Positions 40,059 through 50,235 of a stretch of 64,000 bases of DNA are shown here, piece after piece. The DNA is from an uncultured archaeon (GTDB lineage Archaea; Iainarchaeota; Iainarchaeia; Iainarchaeales; 1-14-0-10-31-34), in NCBI GenBank assembly GCA_964442255.1, contig CAYTYC010000003.1:7423-71422 (forward strand). The letters run 5' to 3'. Numbering within the stretch: position 1 is the first letter of the stretch; each line of letters opens with the position of its first letter. Below the pieces are notes generated by a model. The model saw nothing but the letters and a program-made list of their open reading frames with translations, searched no databases and was not told the DNA's origin. The translations under genes and the position numbers were made by a program.

Positions 40059-40802
40059 ATGGACAGGGTTAAGACAGGGATAGCCGGTTTGGACAACCTG
40101 ATGGAAGGCGGTTTCCCTAAGGGAAGGACTATTTTGGTCAGCGGAGCCTGCGGGACAGGCAAAACCATTTTTTCAATGCAGTACGTCTACAACGGCGCGG
40201 TAAAATACAATGAGCCCGGGGTTTACGTTACTTTGGATGAACGGCCTGACCTCATAAGGCAGGATGTAATGAACTTTGGCTGGGACGTCAAAAAGCTTGA
40301 GGCAAAAAATCAGGTGAACATCATTGACGGAAGCGTTGCAAGGCTCGGCTTTCCCTCCGAAGAAGAATTTGCCATGCCTGTTACAGGATTTGACTTGGAC
40401 AAGCTCCTTTTGGAGGTAATGCGGGTCTCCAAAAGAATTGGGGCAAAACGGGTTGTGATTGACTCAATTCCCGCGCTTGGGTTCAACTTTGAGGACGAAA
40501 ACGAGGTCAGGAAAGCGGTGCTGAAGCTCAGCTATATGCTAATGAAAAGCGGGGTTACCGCGGTCCTCACCTCCGAGATGAGGGAAGAAGAAAACCGTTT
40601 TGGAAAATATGATGTGGAGGAATACATCGTGGACGGGGTTATTGTCCTGCATTACAGCGGAGTCGGGGGAGGGGGAACGAACAGGACAATGCACATCAGG
40701 AAAATGCGCGCAACAAAGCATTCCGAAGACTTGCATCCCATTTCAATCGGAAAAGGCGGAATGACCATACATAAGCTGGATGAAGTGTACACAGAAGAAT
40801 AA
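40059..40802 (+). CDS. KaiC-like RecA-superfamily ATPase
   Basis: TGIAGLD, GACGTGKT, VIDSI and IRKMRAT motifs. Confidence 0.92.
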   Translation: MDRVKTGIAGLDNLMEGGFPKGRTILVSGACGTGKTIFSMQYVYNGAVKYNEPGVYVTLDERPDLIRQDVMNFGWDVKKLEAKNQVNIIDGSVARLGFPSEEEFAMPVTGFDLDKLLLEVMRVSKRIGAKRVVIDSIPALGFNFEDENEVRKAVLKLSYMLMKSGVTAVLTSEMREEENRFGKYDVEEYIVDGVIVLHYSGVGGGGTNRTMHIRKMRATKHSEDLHPISIGKGGMTIHKLDEVYTEE

Positions 40803-40804
40803 GT

Positions 40805-42409
40805 TCACCTGATTTTTTTGAGTATTTCTGCTGCCTTTTCCTTTCCCAACGCAAAAATAAGCGGCCCCGCTTTCGGGCCAAATGACTTTCCGGTTAAAGC
40901 AGTGTACAGGGCCTCATAAAATTTTTTGGGGGGCAAAGACTTTTTCTTTGCAATCCCCATGAAAGATTTCTGCAGTTCTTCAGGGCTTTCCGCTGATTCA
41001 ATTACCTTTGCAGATTCCCTTAAGGCGTCCTTGAGTTCCATGGGCCAGTCTTTTGCTTCATGGGCTTCCCTCTCCTTCAGGCTGAACCGCGCCTCCTCCG
41101 GCGCAAACCCCTTCACCCAATTCCTTGCAAGGGAAACCCTTTCCCTCAAAAGTTCAAGCTGTTCCCCGGATTCCTTTCCCGTGAGAAAGCCGGCGTCAAG
41201 CATTCTCTGCATTGCGTTCTCATCGGAGCCGGAAAGCTGGACGACCATTGCGGCAGTTGAATAGTCAACAGGAACCGGAAGCAACGGCCGTTTTGTGCGG
41301 GAGAAGTCGGTAAGCTTTCCTGAATGGGAGGATTTTTTTTCCACGGCCTCCGCCAGGGCTCTGTCAAGCTCAAGCTCCATTCCCGGCACATCATTCCAGG
41401 AAAAGCTTCTTGCCCGGTTTATGCGCTTCATGAAAAGCATTTTAAGGGTCTCAGGCCTTGAAACGGAAAGCCATTGCTGTGGGTAGACAACATTACCCAA
41501 TGATGCGCTCATTTTGACCCCGTCAACCATGAGGTGCTCGTAAAAAATCGGTTCAGGGGAGGGAAAGGAAAGGATTTTTTCGCATATCCCGGCATTAACC
41601 CAAAAAGCCGAGTTTTTGGCTTCGTATTCTTTTCCCGCGCCCTCGCTGCACACCCCCCATTTTTTCCACTGCGCAGCCCACTCGCTTTTCCACACAAGCT
41701 TTCCGTCTGGATTTGAAAGCGATGACTTTCCTTCGTGCCCGCAGCCCTTTGCCGTGAATTTCTCAAAGGAGTAATCCCTGCACGAATAATGAATGGTTTT
41801 TCCGTCAACCTCCTCAACCACTGTTGTCTGCATGTTTCCGCAGGAATCGCAGATAGGCTTCCAGGGGCTCCAGTTTTCCCCCATCCTTGCCCCGGTTGTT
41901 TCCTCAATTATTTTCTTTACCTTCCCCGTGTTTTCAATTATTTCTTTTATCAGGGAATTGAAAGAGCCTTTCCGGTATTCTTCCCTCATTGAAAATTTTT
42001 TAGGAAAAAACTCAAGGAATTTTTCAGCCGAAGAAAAAAAGCCGTCAAGGAAATGCTCGGCATAGCTTTTGTGGCACCCTTCGGGGTCGGGGACATCCGA
42101 TACCGGGAACCCAATGAATTGCGAGAATTTTTTCGGCACTCCTTTAGGGATTTTCCTTAAGGGATCCATGTCTTCGGTTACGTAAATGAATTCTGCGGGA
42201 AATCCTTTTTCTTTGAGCGCACGGTAAACAGCCTCACCCCGGAGAATGTCGCTCAGCCTGCCAATGTGCAGGACCCCGGAAAGCGAAGAACTTGATTTCA
42301 CTGACCAGCTTTTTTGTTCCGGAATTTTTTTTTTGAGGAAACGGAATCTTTTTCTTGAGCGCACATTTCCGGCAATTTTTTGCGCCCAAAAGGAGTTTTT
42401 TTCACCCAT
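40805..42409 (-). CDS. lysS: class I lysyl-tRNA synthetase
   Basis: SGVLHIG, DMDPLRKIP, DPEGCHKSYAEHF, KMSASLGN and GPK motifs. Confidence 0.95.
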   Translation of the reverse strand: MGEKNSFWAQKIAGNVRSRKRFRFLKKKIPEQKSWSVKSSSSLSGVLHIGRLSDILRGEAVYRALKEKGFPAEFIYVTEDMDPLRKIPKGVPKKFSQFIGFPVSDVPDPEGCHKSYAEHFLDGFFSSAEKFLEFFPKKFSMREEYRKGSFNSLIKEIIENTGKVKKIIEETTGARMGENWSPWKPICDSCGNMQTTVVEEVDGKTIHYSCRDYSFEKFTAKGCGHEGKSSLSNPDGKLVWKSEWAAQWKKWGVCSEGAGKEYEAKNSAFWVNAGICEKILSFPSPEPIFYEHLMVDGVKMSASLGNVVYPQQWLSVSRPETLKMLFMKRINRARSFSWNDVPGMELELDRALAEAVEKKSSHSGKLTDFSRTKRPLLPVPVDYSTAAMVVQLSGSDENAMQRMLDAGFLTGKESGEQLELLRERVSLARNWVKGFAPEEARFSLKEREAHEAKDWPMELKDALRESAKVIESAESPEELQKSFMGIAKKKSLPPKKFYEALYTALTGKSFGPKAGPLIFALGKEKAAEILKKIR

Positions 42410-42417
42410 TTAAGCCC

Positions 42418-43962
42418 CTACTCGTATTCAATTGTCGCGGGGGGCTTTTGGGAGATGTCGTACAAAACCCTGTTAACCCCCCTGACCTCGTTTATTATCC
42501 TGCTTGAAACCCTTTCAAGGAATCCGTGGGGAAGCTTTGCCCAATCCGCTGTCATCGCGTCCCTGGAGGTTACTGCGCGAAGGGAAACAATGTATTCGTA
42601 TGTCCTGGAGTCGCCCATTACCCCCACGCTTTTTGCGGGGAGGAGCGCGGCAAGCGCCTGCCAAACGCAGTCATAGTAAGCGGATTTTTCAAGCTCCTCA
42701 ATGAATATGGAGTCCGCTTCCCTTAAAATCTCAATTTTTTTCCTGTCCACCGGGCCCAAAACCCTCACCCCCAAGCCCGGGCCAGGGAAAGGGTGGCGGG
42801 AAAGGGCTTTACGCGGAAGACCGAGAAGTTTTCCTATTTCCCTTACCTCGTCCTTGTAGAAGTCTTTCAGGGGCTCAACCAGCTCAAAGCGCATTCCCTT
42901 TGGAAGGACAACGTTGTGGTGGGATTTAATGCGGGAAGCCTTTGGGTTTGGGGACGCCGACTCAATCCTGTCCGGATAAATTGTGCCCTGCCCGAGGAGA
43001 GGGATTTTTTCCCCTGCTTTTTCAAGTTGTTTTGCCTTGGACTCAAATTCCTCAATAAAAGTGCGGCCGATTATTTTTCTCTTTTTTTCGGGGTCGAAAA
43101 CCCTCTTCAGCCTGCGGAGGAAATTCTTTTCCGCATCAACCACATAAAGCCTGAAGCCAAGTTTTTTGTACAATGCTTTTATGTAAATGGCCTCGTTTTT
43201 TCTCATCAGGCCGTTGTCCACGAAAACGCAGAACAACTTTTTGGGCCTGGCTTTCTTGAGCATGGCCGCGGCAACAAGCGAATCAACCCCGCCTGAAACC
43301 CCGAGCAAAACTTTTTTGCCTTTGACTTCCTCGCTTAATTTGGACTGGAGGATGGAAAATTGTTCCCTGAGGCGCCAGTTTTTTTTCGCCCCGCACACCC
43401 CGAACACAAAGTTTTTCAGCATCCTGTTCCCCCCTAAAGTGTGCTGAACCTCTGGATGGAATTGAATTGAAAAAATTTTTTTTCTCCTGACTTCAAACCC
43501 CGCATTCCTGCAGTTGTCTGTGGAGGCAACGCGTTTTGAGTTAGGGGGAAGCCTGTTCACTGTGTCGCGGTGGGAAAGCCAAACCATGGTTTCTTTCTTA
43601 AGCCCCTTAAAAAGGGGGGAAAATGAAAGTGAGGCAATTTTTTTTCCGTACTGCCCTTTTTTTCCCTTTGAAACCTTTCCGCCAAGCATTTTGGCAAGCA
43701 GCTGATGCCCGTAGCAGATTCCCAAAACAGGGACTCCAAAAGAAAGCGCTTTCCTGCGGAGTTTGGGCGCGCCTTTTTCGTAAATGCTTTTCGGCCCCCC
43801 TGAAAGAACCATCCCAACGGGCTTCTCTTTTTTCAGCCTGCCCAAAACCTTTTCCGGCTCAATTATTTCCGCCTTAACCCCGGATTCCCGTATTCTCCGG
43901 GCAATTAAGTGGCAGTACTGCCCGCCAAAATTCACTACCAAAATCATGGAAAAACCTCTCAT
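42418..43962 (-). CDS. guaA: GMP synthase, fused glutaminase and synthetase
   Basis: GICYGHQ, QFHPEV, SGGVDS, IKSHHNV and KPPATIEYE motifs. Confidence 0.96.
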   Translation of the reverse strand: MRGFSMILVVNFGGQYCHLIARRIRESGVKAEIIEPEKVLGRLKKEKPVGMVLSGGPKSIYEKGAPKLRRKALSFGVPVLGICYGHQLLAKMLGGKVSKGKKGQYGKKIASLSFSPLFKGLKKETMVWLSHRDTVNRLPPNSKRVASTDNCRNAGFEVRRKKIFSIQFHPEVQHTLGGNRMLKNFVFGVCGAKKNWRLREQFSILQSKLSEEVKGKKVLLGVSGGVDSLVAAAMLKKARPKKLFCVFVDNGLMRKNEAIYIKALYKKLGFRLYVVDAEKNFLRRLKRVFDPEKKRKIIGRTFIEEFESKAKQLEKAGEKIPLLGQGTIYPDRIESASPNPKASRIKSHHNVVLPKGMRFELVEPLKDFYKDEVREIGKLLGLPRKALSRHPFPGPGLGVRVLGPVDRKKIEILREADSIFIEELEKSAYYDCVWQALAALLPAKSVGVMGDSRTYEYIVSLRAVTSRDAMTADWAKLPHGFLERVSSRIINEVRGVNRVLYDISQKPPATIEYE

Positions 43963-44342
43963 TTGCAGAGTTCAAGCACCCTAATCGCGAGCCATGCCGC
44001 GTTCTGCCCGTTGTCTATTCCGACCGTTGCGACGGGCACACCCTTCGGCATCTGCATCATTGAAAGCAGTGCGTCCAACCCCTCAAGCCTTACATTAACC
44101 GGAACCCCTATGACGGGCTTTTTGGTTTGCGAAGCGATTGCCCCGGGAAGGGCAGCGGAAAGCCCTGCAATTGCTATGAAAACCGCAAAATTCTTTCCCG
44201 CGATCTTCTTCACTTCCTCCGGGTTTCTGTGGGCGGAGGCAACAAATGTTTCAAATTCCACATTGTTTTCCTTCAAAACCGCCTCCGCTTTTTCGGCTAT
44301 GCGCCTGTCTGATTCCGAGCCAAGGACTATTGCAACCTTCAT
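43959..44342 (-). CDS. purE: N5-CAIR mutase
   Basis: GSESD, SAHRNP and [11 protein letters not shown] motifs. Confidence 0.95.
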   Translation of the reverse strand: MKVAIVLGSESDRRIAEKAEAVLKENNVEFETFVASAHRNPEEVKKIAGKNFAVFIAIAGLSAALPGAIASQTKKPVIGVPVNVRLEGLDALLSMMQMPKGVPVATVGIDNGQNAAWLAIRVLELCK

Positions 44343-45310
44343 TTTTTCACCCCAAAGCCTTTCCGGACTTTCCTGAATTCTTCAACCATTTCCTTCAACG
44401 GCCTCACATCCCAGGTTTTTTCACCGGTCCACGAAACCGCAAAGCTTTTGTACAACTCCGAAACAAGGCTAATGAGCTCTTTCGGGGCGTTTGGAGGGGA
44501 AGGCCAATCCGGTTTTTCACTGCCTTCAGAAATCGCCTGCTTAAGCTCCTTGTGCCAGGGGGTTGTTTTGTAGTAGTCGCGGAGAATCTGCTTGCTTACG
44601 TGCACGCCGTCGGAGAGAAAACGATTTTCGTCCATTGTGCCGAACACGTCCACAACAATCATTTTCCTTTCAGGGGAAAAGGCAAGCTCAATTTTTCCGT
44701 CAGCCTGGAACAAGCCGATTGAATCGGCTTTCCCTGAAAGAAAAGAGTTCACCTTCAGCGCGGTCTGCCTTAATTTATCGAGCTCGTCATCTTTCAGCGC
44801 GGCCATTTCCTGCGCCTCCCCCCAGGAAAGATATCTGTCAGTGGGCTCAAGCTTTGTGCTGACCTCAATTATCGGCGGAGAAAGGGTTTCGCCTGGTTTC
44901 GGGGAAGAAGAAAGCCCGAGGCCCTGAAGCGTTGTCAAGCCTTCCTCCAGCCGGGAGAAAACAGACGAACCAGCGGGCAGGGAATTCCTGAAAACAACCT
45001 CCAATGGAATCAGGTAATTGCCTTTCTCTCCGGAAAGGCTTTTTTCCGCCGGATTAATTACGCGGACAAGCCTTATTTTAAGCCGGACGGGGGAAGCCAT
45101 TTCAATGAAATGGCTTTCAACGCCTTCCTTTTCCAGCCCCATAAAATTGTGTGCTGAAATCCTGCAAAGGGATTCGCCTTTTCCGGGGATTTCGTCAGGC
45201 ATTTTTCCGTAGTCAAACACAGAGTAATCGTCGGTGAATTCAAAGAAGCCCTCCCCAAAAGTGTTTTCATCCGGTTTTTTTTCAATCACAAGGTTTTTAA
45301 CCGACCCCAT
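44339..45310 (-). CDS. purC: SAICAR synthetase
   Basis: [25 protein letters not shown] and DENR motifs. Confidence 0.94.
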   Translation of the reverse strand: MGSVKNLVIEKKPDENTFGEGFFEFTDDYSVFDYGKMPDEIPGKGESLCRISAHNFMGLEKEGVESHFIEMASPVRLKIRLVRVINPAEKSLSGEKGNYLIPLEVVFRNSLPAGSSVFSRLEEGLTTLQGLGLSSSPKPGETLSPPIIEVSTKLEPTDRYLSWGEAQEMAALKDDELDKLRQTALKVNSFLSGKADSIGLFQADGKIELAFSPERKMIVVDVFGTMDENRFLSDGVHVSKQILRDYYKTTPWHKELKQAISEGSEKPDWPSPPNAPKELISLVSELYKSFAVSWTGEKTWDVRPLKEMVEEFRKVRKGFGVKK

Positions 45311-45390
45311 GCAAGTCCCCCCAAAAAGTCTAGAAAATTGTATTGTTAAGTTATTTTAATTGTTTTCTCCCTAAAAATTAATTGATTGGA

Positions 45391-46761
45391 ATGGGGCTGA
45401 AAGAAATTTCCCCGGTTGACGGAAGGTATGAAAACGAGACAAAAGAGCTGCGGGACGTTTTCTCCGAATACGGCCTCCAAAAAGCCAGGCTCGGGGTTGA
45501 AGTAAAGTACCTGCTTTTCCTTTCAAAGAAAAAAGTCTGCAGGAACATAAACCCAAAGGAAAGGCGCTTTTTGCTGGGGGTGCACAAAAGGTTCAGCGAA
45601 AAGGAAATGGAAAAACTGAAGGGAATGGAAAAAAAAATAAACCACGACGTGAAGGCAGTGGAATACTATTTGCGGAAAAAAATGGAAAAAAATTCCCTAA
45701 AGGAGTTGACCCCAATGGTGCACTTCGGCCTCACCTCTGAAGATGCAAGCAACCTCGCCTATTCGCTGATGCTGGGGGAAGGGCTGAAACTATATCTTGA
45801 AGAACTGGGGAAAGTGAAAAAAACGCTGGCCGGGCTTGCCCGCAGCAATCTCTCAACGCCAATGCTTTCCCATACGCACGGCCAGCCCTCCTCGCCCACA
45901 ACCCTGGGAAAAGAAGCCCTGGTTTTCGGGCTTAGGATGCGGGAAGCGGAAAAGCGTCTGGATAAGTTTGTGTTTCCGGGAAAAATGAATTCCGCGGTGG
46001 GAAACTTCAACGCGCAGCGAGTGGCGGTTCCCGGCAAAAACTGGCCAGCCCTCTCCAAAGAATTTGTTTCCTCTCTCGGGCTAAGGCATGTCGCGGTTTC
46101 CACCCAGATAATCCCGCACGAGGAAATCTCTTTTGCTTTAAGGCAGATTGTTTCAATAAACAATGTTTTGGTTGATTTGGACAGGGACTTCTGGATGTAT
46201 GTGGGAATGAACTACCTCACGCAAAAGGTGAAGAAAGGGGAGGTCGGCTCATCAATAATGCCGCAAAAGGTCAACCCCATTTTCTTTGAAAACAGCGAGG
46301 GCAATTTATTGTTTGCAAACGCTGTGCTGGAATTCCTTGCCTCACAGCTGCAGGTTTCAAGGCTTCAGAGGGATTTGACTGACTCAACAATAAAAAGAAA
46401 CTACGGGCTTGGTTTTGCGCACTCGCTTTTGGGGCTGAAAAGCGTTTCAAAGGGGTTAAGCAGGGTGAGCGCAAACAAGGAAAAGATGCTGAAAGACCTG
46501 GAAAAGCATCCGGAAGTTTTGGCTGAGGCAATCCAGACAGTCTTGAGGAAACACGGGGACAAAAAGGCCTACGAAAAGGTGAAAAAATTTTTCCGCGGAA
46601 AAGAGGTTTCGCTGGAAAACATCCACGGGTTTGTGAAGTCTTTAGGCCTGGACAAAAGGACGGAAAAAAGGCTCCTTGGGATGAGGGCAAAGGATTATAC
46701 GGGCTATGCTGAAGAAACGGCAAAGCTTTGCTTAAAGGAACTGAATTCAAAAGTGAAGTAA
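45391..46761 (+). CDS. purB: adenylosuccinate lyase
   Basis: SPVDGRY, HDVKAVEY and GSSIMPQKVNPI motifs. Confidence 0.95.
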   Translation: MGLKEISPVDGRYENETKELRDVFSEYGLQKARLGVEVKYLLFLSKKKVCRNINPKERRFLLGVHKRFSEKEMEKLKGMEKKINHDVKAVEYYLRKKMEKNSLKELTPMVHFGLTSEDASNLAYSLMLGEGLKLYLEELGKVKKTLAGLARSNLSTPMLSHTHGQPSSPTTLGKEALVFGLRMREAEKRLDKFVFPGKMNSAVGNFNAQRVAVPGKNWPALSKEFVSSLGLRHVAVSTQIIPHEEISFALRQIVSINNVLVDLDRDFWMYVGMNYLTQKVKKGEVGSSIMPQKVNPIFFENSEGNLLFANAVLEFLASQLQVSRLQRDLTDSTIKRNYGLGFAHSLLGLKSVSKGLSRVSANKEKMLKDLEKHPEVLAEAIQTVLRKHGDKKAYEKVKKFFRGKEVSLENIHGFVKSLGLDKRTEKRLLGMRAKDYTGYAEETAKLCLKELNSKVK

Positions 46762-48066
46762 TTATTTCACAACTGTTTCTTTCCTGTCCGGGCCGAATGA
46801 AACGAATTTTACCGGCACCCCGAGGAATTCTTCTACATAACCAAGGTATTTTTTCGCGTTTTCCGGAAGCGCGGGGTATCCGCTCCGCATCAGTTCCCTT
46901 TTCTCTTTTTCCTCAAGCGTAAACCCCGGGAATTCCCCGTAAACGGGGTTTACTTTTGCAAGCTCTTCAGTAGTGAACGGGAAAAACCCAATCCTTTTTC
47001 CTTCAAGCCGGTATCCTGTGCATGCCTTTATTTTTTCCTGCCCGCTTAAAACGTCAATTTTTGTGACGGCAATCTCATCAAAGCCGTTAACCATGTTGCT
47101 GTACTTCAGCATCACTAAATCAAGCCACCCTATTCTCCTCGGCCTCCCTGTTGTTGTGCCGTATTCCCCGCCTTTTTCGCGGATGGAATCGGCCTGCCTT
47201 CCTTTTAGCTCCGTGGGAAGAGGGCCGGAGCCCACACGGGTTGAGTACGCCTTCACTACCCCGATTATTTTCCCGATTTTCTTCGGGCTTAACCCGATTC
47301 CCGTGCACGCGCCCCCGGAAACAGGGTGTGAAGAGGTAACATACGGATAGGTTCCGAAGTCCAGGTCAAGCCACATTCCCTGTGCGCCTTCAAGAAGGAC
47401 TTCCTTTTTTTCCTTCAGCGCGTTGTTTACCAAAAGTGAAACGTCGCCGGCACATTTTCTGAGTTTTTCCGCGGCGGCCGCGTATTCCTTCAAAACACTT
47501 TTTTCAGTGTAAGGGGGTTTTTTCCCGTAAACCCCCCTAAAAAGTTTTTCAAAAAACCGGAAATTTTCTTCCGCCTTTTTCTCAAAGTTTCCCGAAAAAA
47601 AGTCGGAAAATCGGATTCCGGTCCGAAGCGCCCTCTCCGCATAGCCTGGCCCAATTCCCCGGCGCGTTGTGCCGATGCAGTTGCCTTTTAGCGCGCCTTC
47701 ACCGCACTCCTCGAAAAAGCAGTGGTAAGGCATTATTATCTGTGTGCGCGTGTCTATTGTTAGCTGTACCTTAATTCCTTCTTTTTCCATTTCCCCTATT
47801 TCCTTTAAAAGTACTAATGGATTTAATGCGACCCCCGCGCCTATGAGGATTTTTTTTCCCCGGATTCCGCCCGAGGGAAGGAGGTGAAACTTGTGTTTAT
47901 TTCCGTTCACCACAACCGTGTGCCCGGCGTTGTTTCCTCCCTGGAAGCGGGCAACCATTTCCGCCTTTTCCGCGAGGATGTCAACGATTTTGCCTTTTCC
48001 TTCGTCCCCAAACTGTGAACCTACAATCAGAGTTGCTGGAATTCCGAATCCCTCAAAAAATAGCAT
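46762..48066 (-). CDS. purA: adenylosuccinate synthetase; true start may be ATT at 48042
   Basis: QFGDEGKGK, GGNNAGHT and GTTTGRPRR motifs. Confidence 0.95.
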   Translation of the reverse strand: MLFFEGFGIPATLIVGSQFGDEGKGKIVDILAEKAEMVARFQGGNNAGHTVVVNGNKHKFHLLPSGGIRGKKILIGAGVALNPLVLLKEIGEMEKEGIKVQLTIDTRTQIIMPYHCFFEECGEGALKGNCIGTTRRGIGPGYAERALRTGIRFSDFFSGNFEKKAEENFRFFEKLFRGVYGKKPPYTEKSVLKEYAAAAEKLRKCAGDVSLLVNNALKEKKEVLLEGAQGMWLDLDFGTYPYVTSSHPVSGGACTGIGLSPKKIGKIIGVVKAYSTRVGSGPLPTELKGRQADSIREKGGEYGTTTGRPRRIGWLDLVMLKYSNMVNGFDEIAVTKIDVLSGQEKIKACTGYRLEGKRIGFFPFTTEELAKVNPVYGEFPGFTLEEKEKRELMRSGYPALPENAKKYLGYVEEFLGVPVKFVSFGPDRKETVVK

Positions 48067-48089
48067 TCAAAGAGTTTAAAAAAACTCCT

Positions 48090-48498
48090 TTAAGGCAAAC
48101 GGGAAGCCATATTGGCTTCATCCAAAACCCTGTATATTTCTCTTCGCATTTTCTCTGTTTCAGGGAGGCTAAGGTTATGCCGCTCGGCATAATATGTAAC
48201 CATTACCCCGGCTGCTCCCTTTGTATACCGCAGCTTAAGGCCCCCTTTTGCAAACTTCTCTTTTAATGCCCGTTCAACAGAACCCAATCCCCTTTTCATG
48301 CTGAAATTGTCTAATGCAGCCCCCCATAATTTGGGGAATGGCCAACGGCGCATTGCATCTGACACAAGTTGTCTTCCCCCCGCCCCCCCGTATATTGAGT
48401 TCTTGTGATATTCTCTTAAGTTCCGCGCTGTATTCTGCCCCCCTTAGTTTTTCAAGCCTTGCAATTCTTTTCTTCATTGGTCTGGGCGCTTTAGGCAT
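48090..48498 (-). pseudogene. hypothetical gene frameshifted at a poly-G tract
   Basis: ORFs 48274-48498 and 48090-48365 overlap; both frames are open across the G7-C-G6 tract at 48376-48389. Confidence 0.5.
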
Positions 48499-48517
48499 TA
48501 AAGTCCCCCAAAATAAA

Positions 48518-48628
48518 TGGTGTCCCCCGTATTTAACACTTGCGGAGCGAGCAACCTAAACTTCTTCCTGAAAGAGAGGTGCTACGGCATTGGTGTCACC
48601 TGTATTTAACACTTGCGGAGCGAGCAAC
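48518..48628. repeat. two 38-nt direct repeats separated by a 35-nt unique spacer
   Basis: TGGTGTC(C/A)CC(C/T)GTATTTAACACTTGCGGAGCGAGCAAC at 48518-48555 and 48591-48628. Confidence 0.9.
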
Positions 48629-48771
48629 AGCCATACAAAGTATGGCGCACTGTATTCCCCCCGAAAAAGGAAAACGGAAAGCCCGAAAGGGTTTCCCATA
48701 TTTAAAAGCAGTCTCACGCAAGGCGAGAGATGGGTTGACGCATTTCGACACTTCCGCCCGAAAGCGGGGAA

Positions 48772-48885
48772 TGGGGCGGGGGGGATTTGAACCCTCGACA
48801 CCATGGTCTTCAGCCATGTGCTCTCCTAAGCCTGCAAAAAGAAACCTTTGGATTTCTTGAATGCATCAGGCTGAGCTACCGCCCC
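48772..48885 (-). tRNA. tRNA-Phe(GAA) with a 40-nt D-loop intron at 18/19 (48827-48866)
   Basis: Cloverleaf after removal; full BHB CUC-AGCC-UG|A...GGCU-UA|G-GAG. Confidence 0.93.
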
Positions 48886-48951
48886 AACGCTGAAATGCCT
48901 AACGCAATAACAATTCTTTGGGCAAGGGCTTTAAATGTTTTCTGCCGGGGC

Positions 48952-49521
48952 TCAACCCCCTGGATGCCTTTTGAGCGATTCTTCCAGATTACGGACCAGA
49001 GAAGAGGTAACGCTCACGCTTAGAAGTCCTTTCAAGATGTCCCTTCTTTTATTTATTGCTTCAACTTCTACTCGTTCTTTCTTTATTTGCTCACGCACAG
49101 TTTCATCCCCTAAAAAATCAGCCATATCCAATCTGTGTTCAATGCTGCCTTCAATAGTTTCCCTGGTTTCCCTGTCCCCAACAATTTCCCTGTGAAGCTC
49201 TCTCAACCCGCCTGAATAACATTCATTCTCGCAAGACCCTGTTGTGCCTGTCCCCTGCTTCCCATGAATCTTGCCTGCCCGCAGGTTATCCACCGGTGCC
49301 CGATAGAAAACAAATTGGTTCTCTTATAATTGCATCCCTATTTTTCTCCAGAGTAAATCCCCAAGCATCCAGCCCTTCCCCGTGCCAGCTACCCACGCCT
49401 CCCCAAATAAGTGTTCCATTTGATGCCCTTCCGCTTCGGTTACATAAAGCTTGATGTCCCTGACATTTTCCCTAACAAGCTTCTGCATTTCCTTTATTTT
49501 TTTAAGGTACGGTTCAGGCAA
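48952..49521 (-). pseudogene. hypothetical gene with a premature stop
   Basis: ORFs 49324-49521 and 48952-49293 share a frame and are separated by one TAA. Confidence 0.5.
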
Positions 49522-49725
49522 AGGCGCTATTCTTGGATTATATTTTGGGCCCTGCCTGCAGAATCGGGTTTTGGTACCTTTCCTTCCCCGGCATTTAAGT
49601 TAGATCTTCCTGCTTTCCCTGGAATTCCAATTCCCTTTTTTAAGCGAGCCCGATGGGCGAGCAGATCTGCCTCGGAGCAAAGCGGAGGAGGCAGTGCCCG
49701 GACCTGCCCTACGGAACGGGCAAAG

Positions 49726-49833
49726 TGAGCCCAGAGGGATTCGAACCCTCGACCCCCTGGTTAAGAGCTGCACCGTAAAGCGCTTTAACGAGCGCTTCAC
49801 TCAGGTGCTCTGGCCAGACTGAGCTATGGGCCC
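49726..49833 (-). tRNA. tRNA-Lys(CUU) with a 33-nt intron at 30/31 (49769-49801)
   Basis: Full BHB AGAG-CACC-UG|A...GGUG-CA|G-CUCU; mature arm CCUGG-CUCUUAA-CCAGG. Confidence 0.93.
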
Positions 49834-49917
49834 ACAAGTGCACGACGGTAAGCGCACTAGCGCGAGCTAGTTCCATGCGTTAGCATGGGACGTTCCCTGG
49901 CGGGAACATCCGCCAAA

Positions 49918-50090
49918 TGAGCCCGCTGGGATTTGAACCCAGGACACCTTGGTTAAAAGCCAAGTGCTTATGGCGAAAACGAGCAACGGAAATCAAATCC
50001 CGCAGCTTACGCCGCGGTTTTTCGGAAGCCCTTTCCCGGACCAATAAAAACCATGACTCTGTTTTCTCTGCCAGGCTGAGCTACGGGCCC
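49918..50090 (-). tRNA. tRNA-Lys(UUU) with a 99-nt D-arm intron at 22/23 (49969-50067)
   Basis: UGGC-AG|A-GAAAAC...GUUUUC-GCCA-UA|A; anticodon arm CUUGG-CUUUUAA-CCAAG. Confidence 0.92.
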
Positions 50091-50121
50091 ATTCTCAAAA
50101 AAAAGGGTTAAGAAAAGAATT

Positions 50122-50235
50122 TAAAGGGAATCAAAAGGTTATTTTATTTCCTTTAAGCCGTTCATGTATGGGCGAAGGTAAAGGGAATCAAAAGGTTATT
50201 TTATTTCCTTTAAGCCGTTCATGTATGGGCGAAGG
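50122..50235. repeat. exact 57-nt tandem duplication covering the serS 3' end
   Basis: 50122-50178 is identical to 50179-50235. Confidence 0.85.

Noticed and set aside
49300..49335. BHB intron removing the premature TAA
   Set aside because: A small hairpin exists but no 4-bp central helix with flanking bulges can be formed.
50122..50235. attL/attR pair at serS
   Set aside because: An exact adjacent duplication with no cargo; more likely an assembly or slippage duplication.
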